Assembly: GCA_965215265.1 (NCBI GenBank)
Contig: OZ244048.1
Span: 2,304,001 to 2,368,000 of the forward strand
DNA from: Candidatus Poribacteria bacterium
GTDB taxonomy: Bacteria; Poribacteria; WGA-4E; WGA-3G
DNA: 64,000 bases
Direction: 5' to 3'
Shown here: positions 1-10,818 of the stretch, piece after piece
How the letters are laid out: the number at the start of each line of letters is the position of its first letter
Position numbering within the stretch: the first letter of the stretch is position 1
Translations under genes and position numbers: made by a program
Notes under the pieces: model-generated
What the model was told of the DNA's origin: nothing
The model's database searches: none
What the model saw: the letters and a program-made list of their open reading frames with translations, nothing else

Positions 1-154
1 TGGGGGAGCACTGCCGAAAGTCAGTTTCGTCCGGGAGGTCCTCCGCTTGATTAGCAATTGAGGTTTTCTTCCGTTTTTGTAAGCCTGAGGTGCAGAAAGC
101 CGACCTGCAAACCGAGGCAAAGTCCTGAGTTTAGACTAAACCTGGGGTGATAAC

Positions 155-1264
155 ATGGATAAAAAATATCGCATTCAGAACGTCGATAGCATACCGAGTC
201 CTTCACTTGTTGTCTATTTAGCCGAGGTTAAGCAGAACATAGAACGGGCGATTGCCCTCGTTAATGGAAATTTAGAGAAACTACGTCCGCACGTGAAGAC
301 ACATAAAACTGCGGAAATCGTTGCGATGGAACGCGAAACAGGCATTCTCAAGCACAAATGCTCCACCTTGCGTGAAGCCGAAATGTTGGCGGAAGTCGGC
401 ATAAAAGATATTCTCATCGCGTATCAGATACTCGGACCCAATATCGACCTGCTTATCTCTCTACTGCGTGCATTTCCACATGTAGACTTCAAGGTTCTTG
501 TTGACCACCGCGATGGCGTAGAGGCGCTCGCCGCTGCGATGACGCACCATCATCTCAACATCAAGGTCATGCTCGATATAGATGTAGGAATGCATCGAAC
601 GGGCATTGCCGTGGGCGATGCTGCCGTGGAACTGTATGCACATATTGACGGTGCGGCCGGCTTACATCCGTGGGGCTTGCACATTTACGACGGACATATA
701 CACGATAAAGATGTAGCCGCGCGTAGGCGTTCCTGCGACTACAGTCTTGCACAGGTTGAGGAGATGCGTTATAAACTGAGACGTAAAGGCCTTGCCGTGC
801 CAGTCGTGGTGATGGGTGGTACCCCGACCTTCCCAATCTATGCAAAAACCCCGGGCGTGGAGGCATCCCCCGGCACGTTCGTCTTCCATGACTATGGGTA
901 CGCCCACCGTTACCCAGATCTCGGTTTTACGCCGGCGGCGGTGCTCTTAAGTCGTGTTATTAGCAAGCCTACTGCGAATCGCTTTACCTTAGATTTAGGC
1001 CATAAAGCGATCGCTGCAGATCCGGATGGCGTTCGCGGGATTGTCTTAAACGTTGACGGTGCGGAGGTTGACAAACAGCATGAAGAACATTGGGCGGTTA
1101 ACATTCCGGATGGGACTGCCGTTAAACTTGGGCAGGCGGTTTATGTCTGCCCGACGCATATCTGCCCTTCAGTGGCACTGCATCCGTACTACTATGTAGT
1201 AGATGCAGATGGATATTGCAGAGAAACATGGGAGGTAACTGCACGAAATCGGAGTCTGTTTTAG
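155..1264 (+). CDS. D-threonine aldolase/DSD1-family PLP-dependent enzyme (alanine racemase fold type III)
   Basis: RPHVKTHK PLP-lysine motif, DVGMHRTG, YDGH, GGTPT, EEH and PTHICP motifs. Confidence 0.85.
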   Translation: MDKKYRIQNVDSIPSPSLVVYLAEVKQNIERAIALVNGNLEKLRPHVKTHKTAEIVAMERETGILKHKCSTLREAEMLAEVGIKDILIAYQILGPNIDLLISLLRAFPHVDFKVLVDHRDGVEALAAAMTHHHLNIKVMLDIDVGMHRTGIAVGDAAVELYAHIDGAAGLHPWGLHIYDGHIHDKDVAARRRSCDYSLAQVEEMRYKLRRKGLAVPVVVMGGTPTFPIYAKTPGVEASPGTFVFHDYGYAHRYPDLGFTPAAVLLSRVISKPTANRFTLDLGHKAIAADPDGVRGIVLNVDGAEVDKQHEEHWAVNIPDGTAVKLGQAVYVCPTHICPSVALHPYYYVVDADGYCRETWEVTARNRSLF

Positions 1265-1304
1265 ACACGTTGGTGCAGTGGTATTTCTCTTTTTAGCAAT
1301 AGAG

Positions 1305-1550
1305 TTATTGCAGTTTACCGTCAATCCACAGTTCGTATGCGTAATCCCAAGTTCGATGGAAAATCCGGACGATACAAGGGAGCCCATCAAGTTTGAAGCG
1401 GTGCTCTAGCCCTATGTCAAATAATCTGTATTGCCTTTCATAGATTAATTCTTCGTCAACCCAGATATATGTCGTCCCAGAGAATTGTGAATATTTAACC
1501 CGAACAGTATGAGATTTTGGGGTTTCTACCATTCATTCACGAGTCATCAT
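1305..1550 (-). pseudogene. FAIM1-like small beta protein; in-frame TGA at codon 6 (downstream ORF 1305..1532 intact)
   Basis: GGAG RBS precedes ATG at 1550; reads MMTRE*MVETPKSHTV...SGTTYIWVD...YAYELWIDGK, which resembles a FAIM domain. Confidence 0.5.
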
Positions 1551-1570
1551 TAACTCCAATCTTATCTTAT

Positions 1571-2665
1571 CTAATCGAAAAGATTTTCGCTATTTTCTTG
1601 ATGTAGTTTCTGAATTGCATCGACCAATTTTTCAGGTCCAAATCGCACGACATCCGTTGCTGGTAGTCCCGTCTCCGCTTCGGCCGCGTGAATCGCGTTG
1701 CGAGCGTCTTCTTCTGTTAAATCGAAGCAATTCAATGCCAACGCGATGACTTTGGCAGGTTTAATCGGTTCCGTCAGAATCTCGTACTGTGCAATCATTT
1801 CCCTCAACGAAGGTAAAGGCACTGTATAGCGCGCCACGGTATCGCGCGAGGGCTGATGACAAAATATCATTGCATCCGGCATGCTACCGTGGAGAAGACT
1901 TAACGTCACCCCAGAGTAGCCTGGATGGACAAGTGAACCTTGCCCCTCAACCAATAGCACGTCACGGTTTTTCGCACCTTCAAGTACAATCTGCTCTGCG
2001 GCCCCGGCTGTGAAGTCAGAGACGACAGCATCAATTGCGATGCCCCAGCCCCATACCATAATGCCGTTCTGCCCGGTTGGACAAAACTCGGCATTGAGCC
2101 CGCGTGCTCGCGCCGCATTGGTTATTTCTATGCCGGATAACATTTTACCGACACGGCAGTCTGATCCGACGGTTAAGATAACGGTTGCACGGACTTCCGC
2201 TGCTTGACATGTTGCTACATGCAAATCCAGCGGGGGTTTCCGTGCATCCCATAACGTGACTGCGTGTTTTTTCGCCAGCGTTGCGAATTCGTCATCCTCG
2301 CTCAGAAAGTGATGGAGCCCACTCATGACATGCAGCCCCTGTCCGATAGCCTGCTTGAGAGTTGCTCGCCACGGTTGTGGTAACTCACCGCCGGGTGGTG
2401 CGATTCCGATAGCCAGCATCGTCGGTTGAAAACGTATCGCCTCAGTGAGGCGACTGACGATTGGAATCCCTTTCCCAATCCCAATAACCTCACTGACCTC
2501 TTTCCCTGCCTGTGTACTATCAATCACTGCTACAACATTTTCAGGGAGGTAGCGCACGAGGACCGTTGCTGTTTTTGATTCAAGCACTCCGAAGTAGCCT
2601 TCGGCCAGAATCGCGATTCTCTCTGATTTAGGGTTTAATTGCTGTTTCATTTTTTGTCGATTCAA
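1571..2665 (-). CDS. DUF1611 domain-containing P-loop protein
   Basis: KTA..LVRY, IGIAPPGG, SGLH, TVGSDCRVGKM, TGQ.G, VEGQGSLVHPGYSGV motifs. Confidence 0.9.
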   Translation of the reverse strand: MNRQKMKQQLNPKSERIAILAEGYFGVLESKTATVLVRYLPENVVAVIDSTQAGKEVSEVIGIGKGIPIVSRLTEAIRFQPTMLAIGIAPPGGELPQPWRATLKQAIGQGLHVMSGLHHFLSEDDEFATLAKKHAVTLWDARKPPLDLHVATCQAAEVRATVILTVGSDCRVGKMLSGIEITNAARARGLNAEFCPTGQNGIMVWGWGIAIDAVVSDFTAGAAEQIVLEGAKNRDVLLVEGQGSLVHPGYSGVTLSLLHGSMPDAMIFCHQPSRDTVARYTVPLPSLREMIAQYEILTEPIKPAKVIALALNCFDLTEEDARNAIHAAEAETGLPATDVVRFGPEKLVDAIQKLHQENSENLFD

Positions 2666-2844
2666 AGGTTACAGTCTATTCAGCGTTAGCATACGTTTGC
2701 GCATCTTGTCAGTGGGTTTCTCGTTTTTCACCTTTGTTAACAGATTACCAAGCATCCAAATCCAGGTCAAGGAATATCATAAAGTTCAGAAAAAAACAGG
2801 CTTCCTCCTTTTAGTTTTGGAGCGTCGAGTACCGTCCAAGTTTA

Positions 2845-3732
2845 TCAGCGTTGTGGCAAAAATTGGCGAAGGTAGCTGCCTCCGAGGGCAAAACCTTCTA
2901 GTCCTGGTATACCGCGGTCTTCGTTTTCAACACATAGCACATAGTCGTAGCCCGCTTCGAGTAACGCGCCGATGATAGTGCCCCAATTTAACTGCCCACG
3001 TCCTGGCACGCGATATTGCCACCACCAATTGCCGATAATGCCTTGTCGGAAGCGCATCTGTGGACTAATTTCACAATCTTTGACATCCGCATAATACCAT
3101 TTGCCGTTGAACATGCGGATGGCATCTTCAGCAGGTAAAATACCCAGCCATAGCCAATGCGACGGATCACATGATAACCCGAGTGCGTCAGATGCTGCTG
3201 CATCAAGTATCCGTTCCCACATCTCCGGATTACAAGCGATATTTCCCATGCGTACGGCACAATCCAAAGCGAGCCGGATGCCTTTCTCTTCAGCAAACCG
3301 GAGTACAGGATGCCACATTTCCGTGAATCTCTGGACCAGTTCAATCGATCTGTCGCCCGGGTTGCCTGGTTCCGAAGAAAATTGTCCGTAGAAATGCCAA
3401 CTCACAGGACTGCCAGCATACGTGACCAAAACTGGAACCTTGAGGAGATGTGTCGCCTCAATAGCCTTTAACAGTTGGTTGCGGGCAGACTCCCGTTTTT
3501 CGGCATCATCGTCTAGTAGATTACAATGTGCTGTTAAAGCGGCCAGATAAATGCCGTTCGCGGAGAGGATTTCGTTGACATTTTCACCGCCGGATTGTAT
3601 AATAGTATTTGGTTCAACGATACCTGTGGCATTGAGTCGAATTGCGTTAAAACCGTGCGCTTTTGCCCACTGTGCACATTCTTCAAGGCTCCATGTATCA
3701 TCTCCGATACTCGTGCTGAAACTGATATCCAT
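2845..3732 (-). CDS. Sugar phosphate isomerase/epimerase (xylose isomerase-like TIM barrel)
   Basis: DPSH, KD, YRVPGRGQLNW, GYDYVLCVENED motifs. Confidence 0.85.
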   Translation of the reverse strand: MDISFSTSIGDDTWSLEECAQWAKAHGFNAIRLNATGIVEPNTIIQSGGENVNEILSANGIYLAALTAHCNLLDDDAEKRESARNQLLKAIEATHLLKVPVLVTYAGSPVSWHFYGQFSSEPGNPGDRSIELVQRFTEMWHPVLRFAEEKGIRLALDCAVRMGNIACNPEMWERILDAAASDALGLSCDPSHWLWLGILPAEDAIRMFNGKWYYADVKDCEISPQMRFRQGIIGNWWWQYRVPGRGQLNWGTIIGALLEAGYDYVLCVENEDRGIPGLEGFALGGSYLRQFLPQR

Positions 3733-3775
3733 AAGTTTTACTCCTCAAAAAACTGTGAGACGAGCTAAGTCTATT

Positions 3776-4459
3776 ATGCAAATTATTTGTGAAGCACCAC
3801 ACAATGAAAGGGTGCTTAACCTCTATCATCGACTCCGAGAGCAACATGGGCCGCAAACCTGGTGGCCTGCCGATACTCCGTTTGAGGTCTGCCTCGGTTC
3901 TATTTTAACACAAGCGACGGCGTGGCGCAACGTAGTCAAAGCGATTGACAATCTCAAATCTGCTGATGCGTTTACTCCGCGACAGCTCTTCTACGTTGGC
4001 CAATCAGAGTTAGAGAAACTCTTGCGCCCGTCACGGTATTACCGCGCCAAAGCGAAGAAGGTACGGGCATTTGTTGAGCATATCACGAAGCGGCCTATGC
4101 ATGTAATGTTTGCCCAACCGGTGCCGGTGCTGCGGCAGGAATTGCTGTCTATCTACGGTGTGGGTCCCGAGACAGCCGATTCGATTATTCTATACGCCGC
4201 GAGAAAACCGAGTTTTGTCGTTGATACCTATACTTATAGGCTCCTCTCGCGATTGGGCTGGATTGAGGGCAACTTCCACTATGCGAAACTCCGCGCCCTC
4301 TTTATGGAGAATCTACCGCACGATGTCGGTTTATTTAACGAATATCACGCGCTCATCGTTCGGCATGGTGCAAGAGTATGCCAGAAAACGCCAAAATGTC
4401 AAGCATGTAATTTTCAAACAAGGTGTACCTATTTTTCCGTTTTGGAGGAGAAAGTTTGA
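3776..4459 (+). CDS. Endonuclease III-related HhH-GPD DNA glycosylase with 4Fe-4S cluster
   Basis: WWPADTPFEV..G.ILTQ, GVGPETADSI, VVDTY, C.KTPKC..C motifs; start inferred at ATG 3776. Confidence 0.85.
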   Translation: MQIICEAPHNERVLNLYHRLREQHGPQTWWPADTPFEVCLGSILTQATAWRNVVKAIDNLKSADAFTPRQLFYVGQSELEKLLRPSRYYRAKAKKVRAFVEHITKRPMHVMFAQPVPVLRQELLSIYGVGPETADSIILYAARKPSFVVDTYTYRLLSRLGWIEGNFHYAKLRALFMENLPHDVGLFNEYHALIVRHGARVCQKTPKCQACNFQTRCTYFSVLEEKV

Positions 4460-4720
4460 GAATCTTCCGTGCAATACGTCAAGGATTTTGTTTGGACTCA
4501 CTCGATTTTCTCACAGAACACGGCATTACAGACATGCCATTTGTCTATGTCCTTTGAGCGCTTTTCCACGGTACTGCGAGCCGAGCATCCTGCGTGGGAT
4601 AGGTTATCTTGGACAAGACGCAGATGTACGAAAAAGCAGGTGGACGGTTTGAGACACGCCGCTTGATTTACCGCACTACCTGCAATGAATGTCTCTACTG
4701 GCCCGAGGTCGCGCGCGATG

Positions 4721-6418
4721 TCAGTTCTCCTTCACAACAAGAATCTGATTGGTTTTAATGTTTTGCCAGGTTTCACTTTGCCCGCAAGGCCACCTAACTG
4801 TTAGCGTATTAACCGACTCTGCATCGCCCAATCCAAAGTGCAAGCGCAAATCGTTCTGACTCAGGTATCCCGAACCGCTTTTGACTTCTCGGATTTGTGT
4901 CAAGTTGCCGTTACTAACCGTCACTCGTGCACCAATTGCGCTTCGGTTGCAATGGTTTCCCACTAATTGAATCTGCAACCACCGCTGGATATTGCCTGTA
5001 GTGTTCCGTAACAAAGTTGATGTCTTGTTCAGATTTGAGACGACAACGTCGATGTCACCATCGTTATCAATATCGCCGAAAGCCGCCCCGCGACTGCTAT
5101 AAACATTCTGTTCGACAGGCGTTATAGCCTGGAAATTGAGCCCCCGGTTGTTCAAAAACAGTTGATTGGGCTGGGCATACGTGCCGATAGGATGGATTTC
5201 CGCAACGTTGTCGTCAAGATGGCCGTTAGCAATAAAGACATCCAACCAGCCATCGTTATCAAAATCTATGAAATCAACACCCCATGCTAAATATCGGAGA
5301 CTCTTCTCACCGATTCCTTTTTGAAAGCTAACCTCTGTGAAAAATCCGTTTTGCGTATTGTGATAAAGGCTGTTCGTCTGCTCCTGAAAGTTAGTGATAA
5401 CGATGTCCAGATTGCCGTCGTTGTCAAAATCCCCCAAGTTTGCGCCCATGCCGCTGTAGGCACGCCCTTCTTCGCTAAGCGCAACGCCTGCGAAGAGTGC
5501 ATCTTCAGTGAAAGTGCCGTCGCCGTTGTTCCAATAGAGGAAATTCGGTGTCGTATCGTTTGCAACGAAGATATCAACAGTACCATCGGAATTAATATCG
5601 CCGCAGACAACCCCTAACCCTTTTCCCGGGGACAGAGCGATGCCTGCGTTTGCGGTAACATCCGTGAACGTGCCATTGCCGTTATTGCGGTAGAGGATAT
5701 CCGCTGCGCTTGGGAGTACCTCCGGTGTGCAATAGGTAGGGATGCCTCGTCGGCTGCAATGCGGATTTGCCTCGAACGTAAATTGAACGTAGTTGACGAC
5801 GTAGAGGTCCAGAAAACCGTCAGCATCATAATCGATAAAAGCACAACCTGTGCTAAGCTGCCCCTTTCCTCCAACGTCTGCGTCCTCTGTTACATCCGTG
5901 AACGTACCATCACCGTTATTTCGATAGAGAACATTGGTACCGTAGTTAGTTACATAAAGGTCTGTGAACCCGTCGTTGTTGTAGTCGCCGACGCAGCAGC
6001 CGAATCCGTATCGAGTATCCCCCACGTTGGCTTTATGTGTCACATCGCTCAGCTCGAGGGGGGCGTGTGAGTTTCGCGTGTTTTGCCGACTATCGTTGCG
6101 ATACAGGAGATTTGTGGCTAAAACGGGTGGTTTTTCTATTTCGCTTGGAGTTAAGTCAGTTCCATTGACAAAATAGATATCCAAATCGGCATCGTTGTCA
6201 AAATCAAAGAGGGCAACACCACTTCCAAGCGGTTCAATAAAATACTTTTTCCCAATTGCACCGTTTGTATGGCGAAATTCGAAGCTGCCCGGTTCTGCTA
6301 TGAGAGCAACACGTTTTTGTGCTACCGCTTCAAGTAAAAAGAGAGATATCAGAGCCAGGATTGTGAACAACATAAATTTTTTGTATCGCATTGCATGTAG
6401 ATATGCTATAATAAACAT
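4721..6418 (-). CDS. CRTAC1-family FG-GAP repeat / ASPIC-UnbV secreted protein
   Basis: Repeated DFDNDGxxD and YRNNGDGTFTDVT motifs; C-terminal GSGYLSQNDLRLHFGLG. Confidence 0.9.
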   Translation of the reverse strand: MFIIAYLHAMRYKKFMLFTILALISLFLLEAVAQKRVALIAEPGSFEFRHTNGAIGKKYFIEPLGSGVALFDFDNDADLDIYFVNGTDLTPSEIEKPPVLATNLLYRNDSRQNTRNSHAPLELSDVTHKANVGDTRYGFGCCVGDYNNDGFTDLYVTNYGTNVLYRNNGDGTFTDVTEDADVGGKGQLSTGCAFIDYDADGFLDLYVVNYVQFTFEANPHCSRRGIPTYCTPEVLPSAADILYRNNGNGTFTDVTANAGIALSPGKGLGVVCGDINSDGTVDIFVANDTTPNFLYWNNGDGTFTEDALFAGVALSEEGRAYSGMGANLGDFDNDGNLDIVITNFQEQTNSLYHNTQNGFFTEVSFQKGIGEKSLRYLAWGVDFIDFDNDGWLDVFIANGHLDDNVAEIHPIGTYAQPNQLFLNNRGLNFQAITPVEQNVYSSRGAAFGDIDNDGDIDVVVSNLNKTSTLLRNTTGNIQRWLQIQLVGNHCNRSAIGARVTVSNGNLTQIREVKSGSGYLSQNDLRLHFGLGDAESVNTLTVRWPCGQSETWQNIKTNQILVVKEN

Positions 6419-6592
6419 AATCAGAAATTTATCGCATAGACTGGAAACAGAGCATTCTAAGGTTTTGATTATCCCGGTCAGCAGTTCTCCTTAGGCATCC
6501 TGTTTTCAAGTCCATCATGAGATTTTAGAGGATATGACAATCCTTTTTTTAGCATGAACTAACTGTCTATTTGTGCATAAGGAGATTCTCTT

Positions 6593-7561
6593 ATGGCTAA
6601 AAATCTACGATTTGGCGTTATCGGTTTAGGTATGGGCATGAACCGTTCTGGCATGATTCACCAGACCGATGGAGCCGAATTAGTTGCTGTTGCCGATCTT
6701 GTAGAGGAGCGGCGTAAGACAGCAGAAGAACGTTTTGGTTGCGCGAGCCACGGTGACGCAGTTGAAATGCTCGAGCGGGACGATATCGACGTAGCGATGA
6801 TTATGACACCCAGTGGTCTCCATGGCAAGTTTGGGATGGACGCGGCGGCCCGTGGCAAACACGTTATCACCACTAAACCGATGGATGTCAGCGTTGAAAA
6901 CTGTGATGCACTTATAAAAACTTGTGAAGACAACGATGTGAAGCTGCTGGTGGACTTCGGTGAAAGGTACGGCAAACACAATCGTCGCATCCAAACAGCA
7001 CTTCAAGAGGGGGCAATCGGCAGACCCTTGCTGTGTGAACTCCGTATGAAATGGAAACGTCCAGACAGTTACTACGTGGGGTGGCACGGCACGTGGAAAC
7101 TTGATGGCGGTGGCTCGATTATGAACCAGGGCGTACATTACATTGATTTGATGCTCTGGTTTATGGGTCCTGTCAAACGCGTTATCGGTGCACACTTCGG
7201 TGTCTACGACCACGAAAATTGCGAAACAGAGGATATGACTTCCGCGATCCTCGAATTTGAGAACGGTGCACTTGGCCATGTTCTCACAACCACAACGTTC
7301 CCTGGGAGCAGTGTATCGATGATTCACATCCACGGCGAAAAAGGCATCGTTGGTCTTGGGCCGGAGATGTGGGATTTCGTTGATGGCGACGAACCCGACA
7401 TTACGCTTCCGCCTTATCCGAATAACGTCATAGAGGATGCCATCCGGGTCATCAATGACGGTGCTTCACCGGCAGTAGACGGCTATGAGGGCAGACGTTC
7501 TGTCGAGTTGAACATGGCAATCTACGAATGCGCGAGAAGCGGCAAGGCGATTAGTTTATAA
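6593..7561 (+). CDS. Gfo/Idh/MocA family oxidoreductase
   Basis: GVIGLGMG Rossmann motif, TP...H, GKHV...KP, DGGG.IMNQGVH. Confidence 0.9.
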   Translation: MAKNLRFGVIGLGMGMNRSGMIHQTDGAELVAVADLVEERRKTAEERFGCASHGDAVEMLERDDIDVAMIMTPSGLHGKFGMDAAARGKHVITTKPMDVSVENCDALIKTCEDNDVKLLVDFGERYGKHNRRIQTALQEGAIGRPLLCELRMKWKRPDSYYVGWHGTWKLDGGGSIMNQGVHYIDLMLWFMGPVKRVIGAHFGVYDHENCETEDMTSAILEFENGALGHVLTTTTFPGSSVSMIHIHGEKGIVGLGPEMWDFVDGDEPDITLPPYPNNVIEDAIRVINDGASPAVDGYEGRRSVELNMAIYECARSGKAISL

Positions 7562-7669
7562 TCAGTTCTTCCGGTTTTATTTTCCTATAAAAAGTTGCAA
7601 AGCCGGTAAAACATATCCACAGTGTCTAAAGTTGCAAAGCGTAGATCTCTTTGAAACTTTAGGCACTTT

Positions 7670-10357
7670 TTAGCCATTCTCAGCCTTCGCCTTCAAATCG
7701 TAGAGGATATTTACGGCATCTAGGGGTGTTACATGTGCCAGTTCTAAGTTTCGGATTTCTTCTATGAGCGGGTGCGTTTTCGGCGTGAAAAGTGCCATCT
7801 GCAGCGAGTCGTTCTGGATGGTTTTTCTTGAAAGTCGTCGGCGAGGCTGCGGTAATTTCGGCTGTGCTTTAGACGGTTGCGCGGTTGTACCATCGGCATC
7901 AACACTAATATTGTGTTGTTCAAGTACTTCTAGAACCTGTTGTGCGCGTGAGATGACAGTTTGAGGCAAGCCAGCCAACCGAGCAACATGGATGCCGTAG
8001 CTCTGGTCTGCGCCGCCTGCGACGACTTTTCGCAGGAACGTTACTTTTTCGCCATCCTCATGGACAGCGACGTTATAATTCTTGGCCCGTTTATATTTAC
8101 TCGCCAATTCAACAAGTTCGTGGTAGTGGGTAGCGAAGAGCGTCTTCGCGCCCATCCGCTTTTCATCGAGAAGGTATTCTGAAACAGCCCATGCGATACT
8201 GAGGCCATCAAAGGTGCTGGTGCCGCGTCCAACCTCGTCCAAGATGACGAGGCTTTTGCGGCTGGCGTTATTGAGAATATTGGCAGTTTCGTTCATTTCG
8301 ACGAGGAATGTGCTCTGCCCCATCACAAGGTTATCGGATGCGCCGACGCGTGTGAAAATTCTGTCTACAAGTCCGATTTTCGCGGCGGATGCTGGTACGA
8401 AACAACCTACTTGTGCCATTAGAACGATGAGAGCTGTCTGCCGTAAATAGGTGCTTTTCCCACTCATGTTTGGTCCGGTGATAATATGCAGTTGTTCATC
8501 ATCACAGTTGAGTTGTGTATCGTTTGGAACGAATCCTTCTTGCGTAAACAGTTGTTCGACGACTGGATGCCGCCCCTCACGGATAATAATCTCATCGCTA
8601 TCATCCACGGTCGGTTTAACGTAGTTATATTTGGAGGCGACATAGGCAAAATTGGCGATAACATCAATTGTCGCGATCGCCGCTGAGTTCTCTTGGATAG
8701 TTTTCGTATACTGAGCTACCTCCTCCCGGATTTGACAGAAGAGTTCGTATTCTAAAGACTCGATCCGGTCTTCGGCGTTGAGAACCATAGCTTCCTTCTC
8801 TTTGAGTTCAGGTGTAATGAAACGTTCGGAGTTTCGCAGGGTTTGCTTCCGGATATAGTGCTCAGGTACCAGGTGCAAGTTCGGCTTGGTTACGTCAATA
8901 TAGTATCCGAAGACCTGGTTAAACCCAATTTTCAGTGAAGGGATGCCGCTCTGCTTTCGCTCTATCTCTTGTAATTCCGCCATCCACGCCTTGCCTTGTC
9001 CGACAATTTTCCGGAGTTCATCCAGTTCCTCATTATAGCCGTCGCGAATCACGCCCCCTTCGCGAATCGTTACCGGTGGCGTTGGATGGATGCCCCGTTC
9101 AATCAATTCGACAAGTTCTGTCAACGGATTCAGAGTCGCATTTTGAGAAACTAATACTGCTGATTCGCAGTTTTTAAGTTGCTGCTTGACAGCGGGTATT
9201 AAAAGGAGGGAATCCTTGAGTGAATGCAGGTCGCGCCCGTTTATCGACCCGAGGCTAATGCGCGTGATCAGGCGTTCCATATCGTACATCTGTTCAAGTG
9301 CATCACGCAATTCTTCCTGAAGGTTAATCTGCGTTTTGAGTTCTTCTACAGCGCTGAGTCGTTCCTCGATCTCTTTTGAGGAAAGCAAGGGTTGCAGCAG
9401 GTATTGCCGGATTTTTCTGCCGCCCATGGAGGTCACCGTCTGGTCAAGGACTTCAAGCAAAGTGCCTTTTGATGAACCGTCGCGAATGGAGGCTATCAAT
9501 TCAAGATTGCGTTGCGTATCAGCATCCAGTACCATAAAATCGGAGAGTGAATAGGTATGGAGAACGAGTATATGTGCTACTTCTTGTTTTTGGGTTTCGT
9601 GTAGGTAATAGATAAGGGCACCGGCGGCACAAATGGCGGCGGGGAGGTGCTCGCATCCGAAACCATCCAGCGAAATAGTTCGAAAATGTTGTAGGAGTTC
9701 GGTACGTGCAGTATCCAATTCAAAACGCCAGTCTGGTAAAAAATTGACCGTTGCTCTCAAGTCGGTTTTAACCCGATCGAGCAGTTCATCATCGTCAAAG
9801 GTTTCTGAGAAGAGGCATTCCTTGGGGAAGAAGCGGTATATCTCCGCCCAGAGTTTTGCAGTATCCGTGACTTCGGTCACCCAAAATTCGCCGGTAGAGA
9901 GGTCTGCAGCAGCGAATCCGTAACTGGTTTTGCGCTGGTAAATTGAGATGAGATAGTTGTTGGATTTTTGCTCAAGTACCCTCGGATCCGTGACTGTGCC
10001 GGGCGTAACAATCCGAACAACATCGCGTTTCACCAAGCGGTTTTCCTCCCGTGCTTGCTTCGCATCTTCCGTCTGCTCCAAAATCGCTACTTTGTACCCA
10101 GCTTTGACGAGTTTGTAAAGGTAGGAATCCAGCGCGTGGTGCGGTATTCCAGCCATCGGGGGTGAGGGTTCTTTCTGGTTTTTATGGCTTCTTGCTGTTA
10201 AGGTAATTTCGAGCAGCTTTGAGATTAATTCCGCATCTTCAAAAAAGGCTTCATAGAAATCACCCACTCGACAGAGAAGGATAGTATCTTTATGCTGTTT
10301 TTTGGTCTGTTTATAGAGTTCTATTAATGAAGTTTCTGACTGTCTCAAACGTGGCAT
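7670..10357 (-). CDS. mutS: DNA mismatch repair protein MutS
   Basis: GDFYEAF, ITGPNMSGKSTYLRQ, DEVGRGTST, FATHYHEL; start chosen at MPRL (ORF extends to 10411). Confidence 0.97.
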   Translation of the reverse strand: MPRLRQSETSLIELYKQTKKQHKDTILLCRVGDFYEAFFEDAELISKLLEITLTARSHKNQKEPSPPMAGIPHHALDSYLYKLVKAGYKVAILEQTEDAKQAREENRLVKRDVVRIVTPGTVTDPRVLEQKSNNYLISIYQRKTSYGFAAADLSTGEFWVTEVTDTAKLWAEIYRFFPKECLFSETFDDDELLDRVKTDLRATVNFLPDWRFELDTARTELLQHFRTISLDGFGCEHLPAAICAAGALIYYLHETQKQEVAHILVLHTYSLSDFMVLDADTQRNLELIASIRDGSSKGTLLEVLDQTVTSMGGRKIRQYLLQPLLSSKEIEERLSAVEELKTQINLQEELRDALEQMYDMERLITRISLGSINGRDLHSLKDSLLLIPAVKQQLKNCESAVLVSQNATLNPLTELVELIERGIHPTPPVTIREGGVIRDGYNEELDELRKIVGQGKAWMAELQEIERKQSGIPSLKIGFNQVFGYYIDVTKPNLHLVPEHYIRKQTLRNSERFITPELKEKEAMVLNAEDRIESLEYELFCQIREEVAQYTKTIQENSAAIATIDVIANFAYVASKYNYVKPTVDDSDEIIIREGRHPVVEQLFTQEGFVPNDTQLNCDDEQLHIITGPNMSGKSTYLRQTALIVLMAQVGCFVPASAAKIGLVDRIFTRVGASDNLVMGQSTFLVEMNETANILNNASRKSLVILDEVGRGTSTFDGLSIAWAVSEYLLDEKRMGAKTLFATHYHELVELASKYKRAKNYNVAVHEDGEKVTFLRKVVAGGADQSYGIHVARLAGLPQTVISRAQQVLEVLEQHNISVDADGTTAQPSKAQPKLPQPRRRLSRKTIQNDSLQMALFTPKTHPLIEEIRNLELAHVTPLDAVNILYDLKAKAENG

Positions 10358-10818
10358 ACTGCTCTCCTTGCTGATTACGTAGCCTACACTTGCAAGACCT
10401 GTAGGAGTCATCCTTCGATTGCTGTGCGCTACATGTGTTAGTCAGTTTTACGAAAACTTGATTTTAATACCATACCACAGTTTTATTTTTTTTTCAACCT
10501 TTTTTACGATATTTACCATCATTCACGGATAAGTAAAACGTTTTTTAGGGTGATAGTTCTTCGTAGAATGAATTAAATTATTCCAAGGAAAGACAGAGAC
10601 AGGTAAAGGTACTTTTGAACATCAAAGGACACCCACAATACGTTAGACAAAAAACTTGACAATTAGAGCGCCAATCTATATCATGATAGAAATTTATTTT
10701 TAAGGATGTGAAGCGGTGAGTTGGCATTCTCTTATCGTAGTTTTACGTTTGCGTGATGGTGAAGAATATCCCAACCAAATAACGTTCTATAAAAAACAGA
10801 CTGAATAGGAGGCACAAC

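Noticed and set aside
3551-3775. N-terminal extension of the endonuclease III-like ORF
   Set aside because: Overlaps the divergent epimerase gene on the opposite strand; the start at 3776 is more plausible
4456-4666. Possible GIY-YIG remnant (MPFVYVL*) after the glycosylase
   Set aside because: Too short, stops immediately, no further motifs
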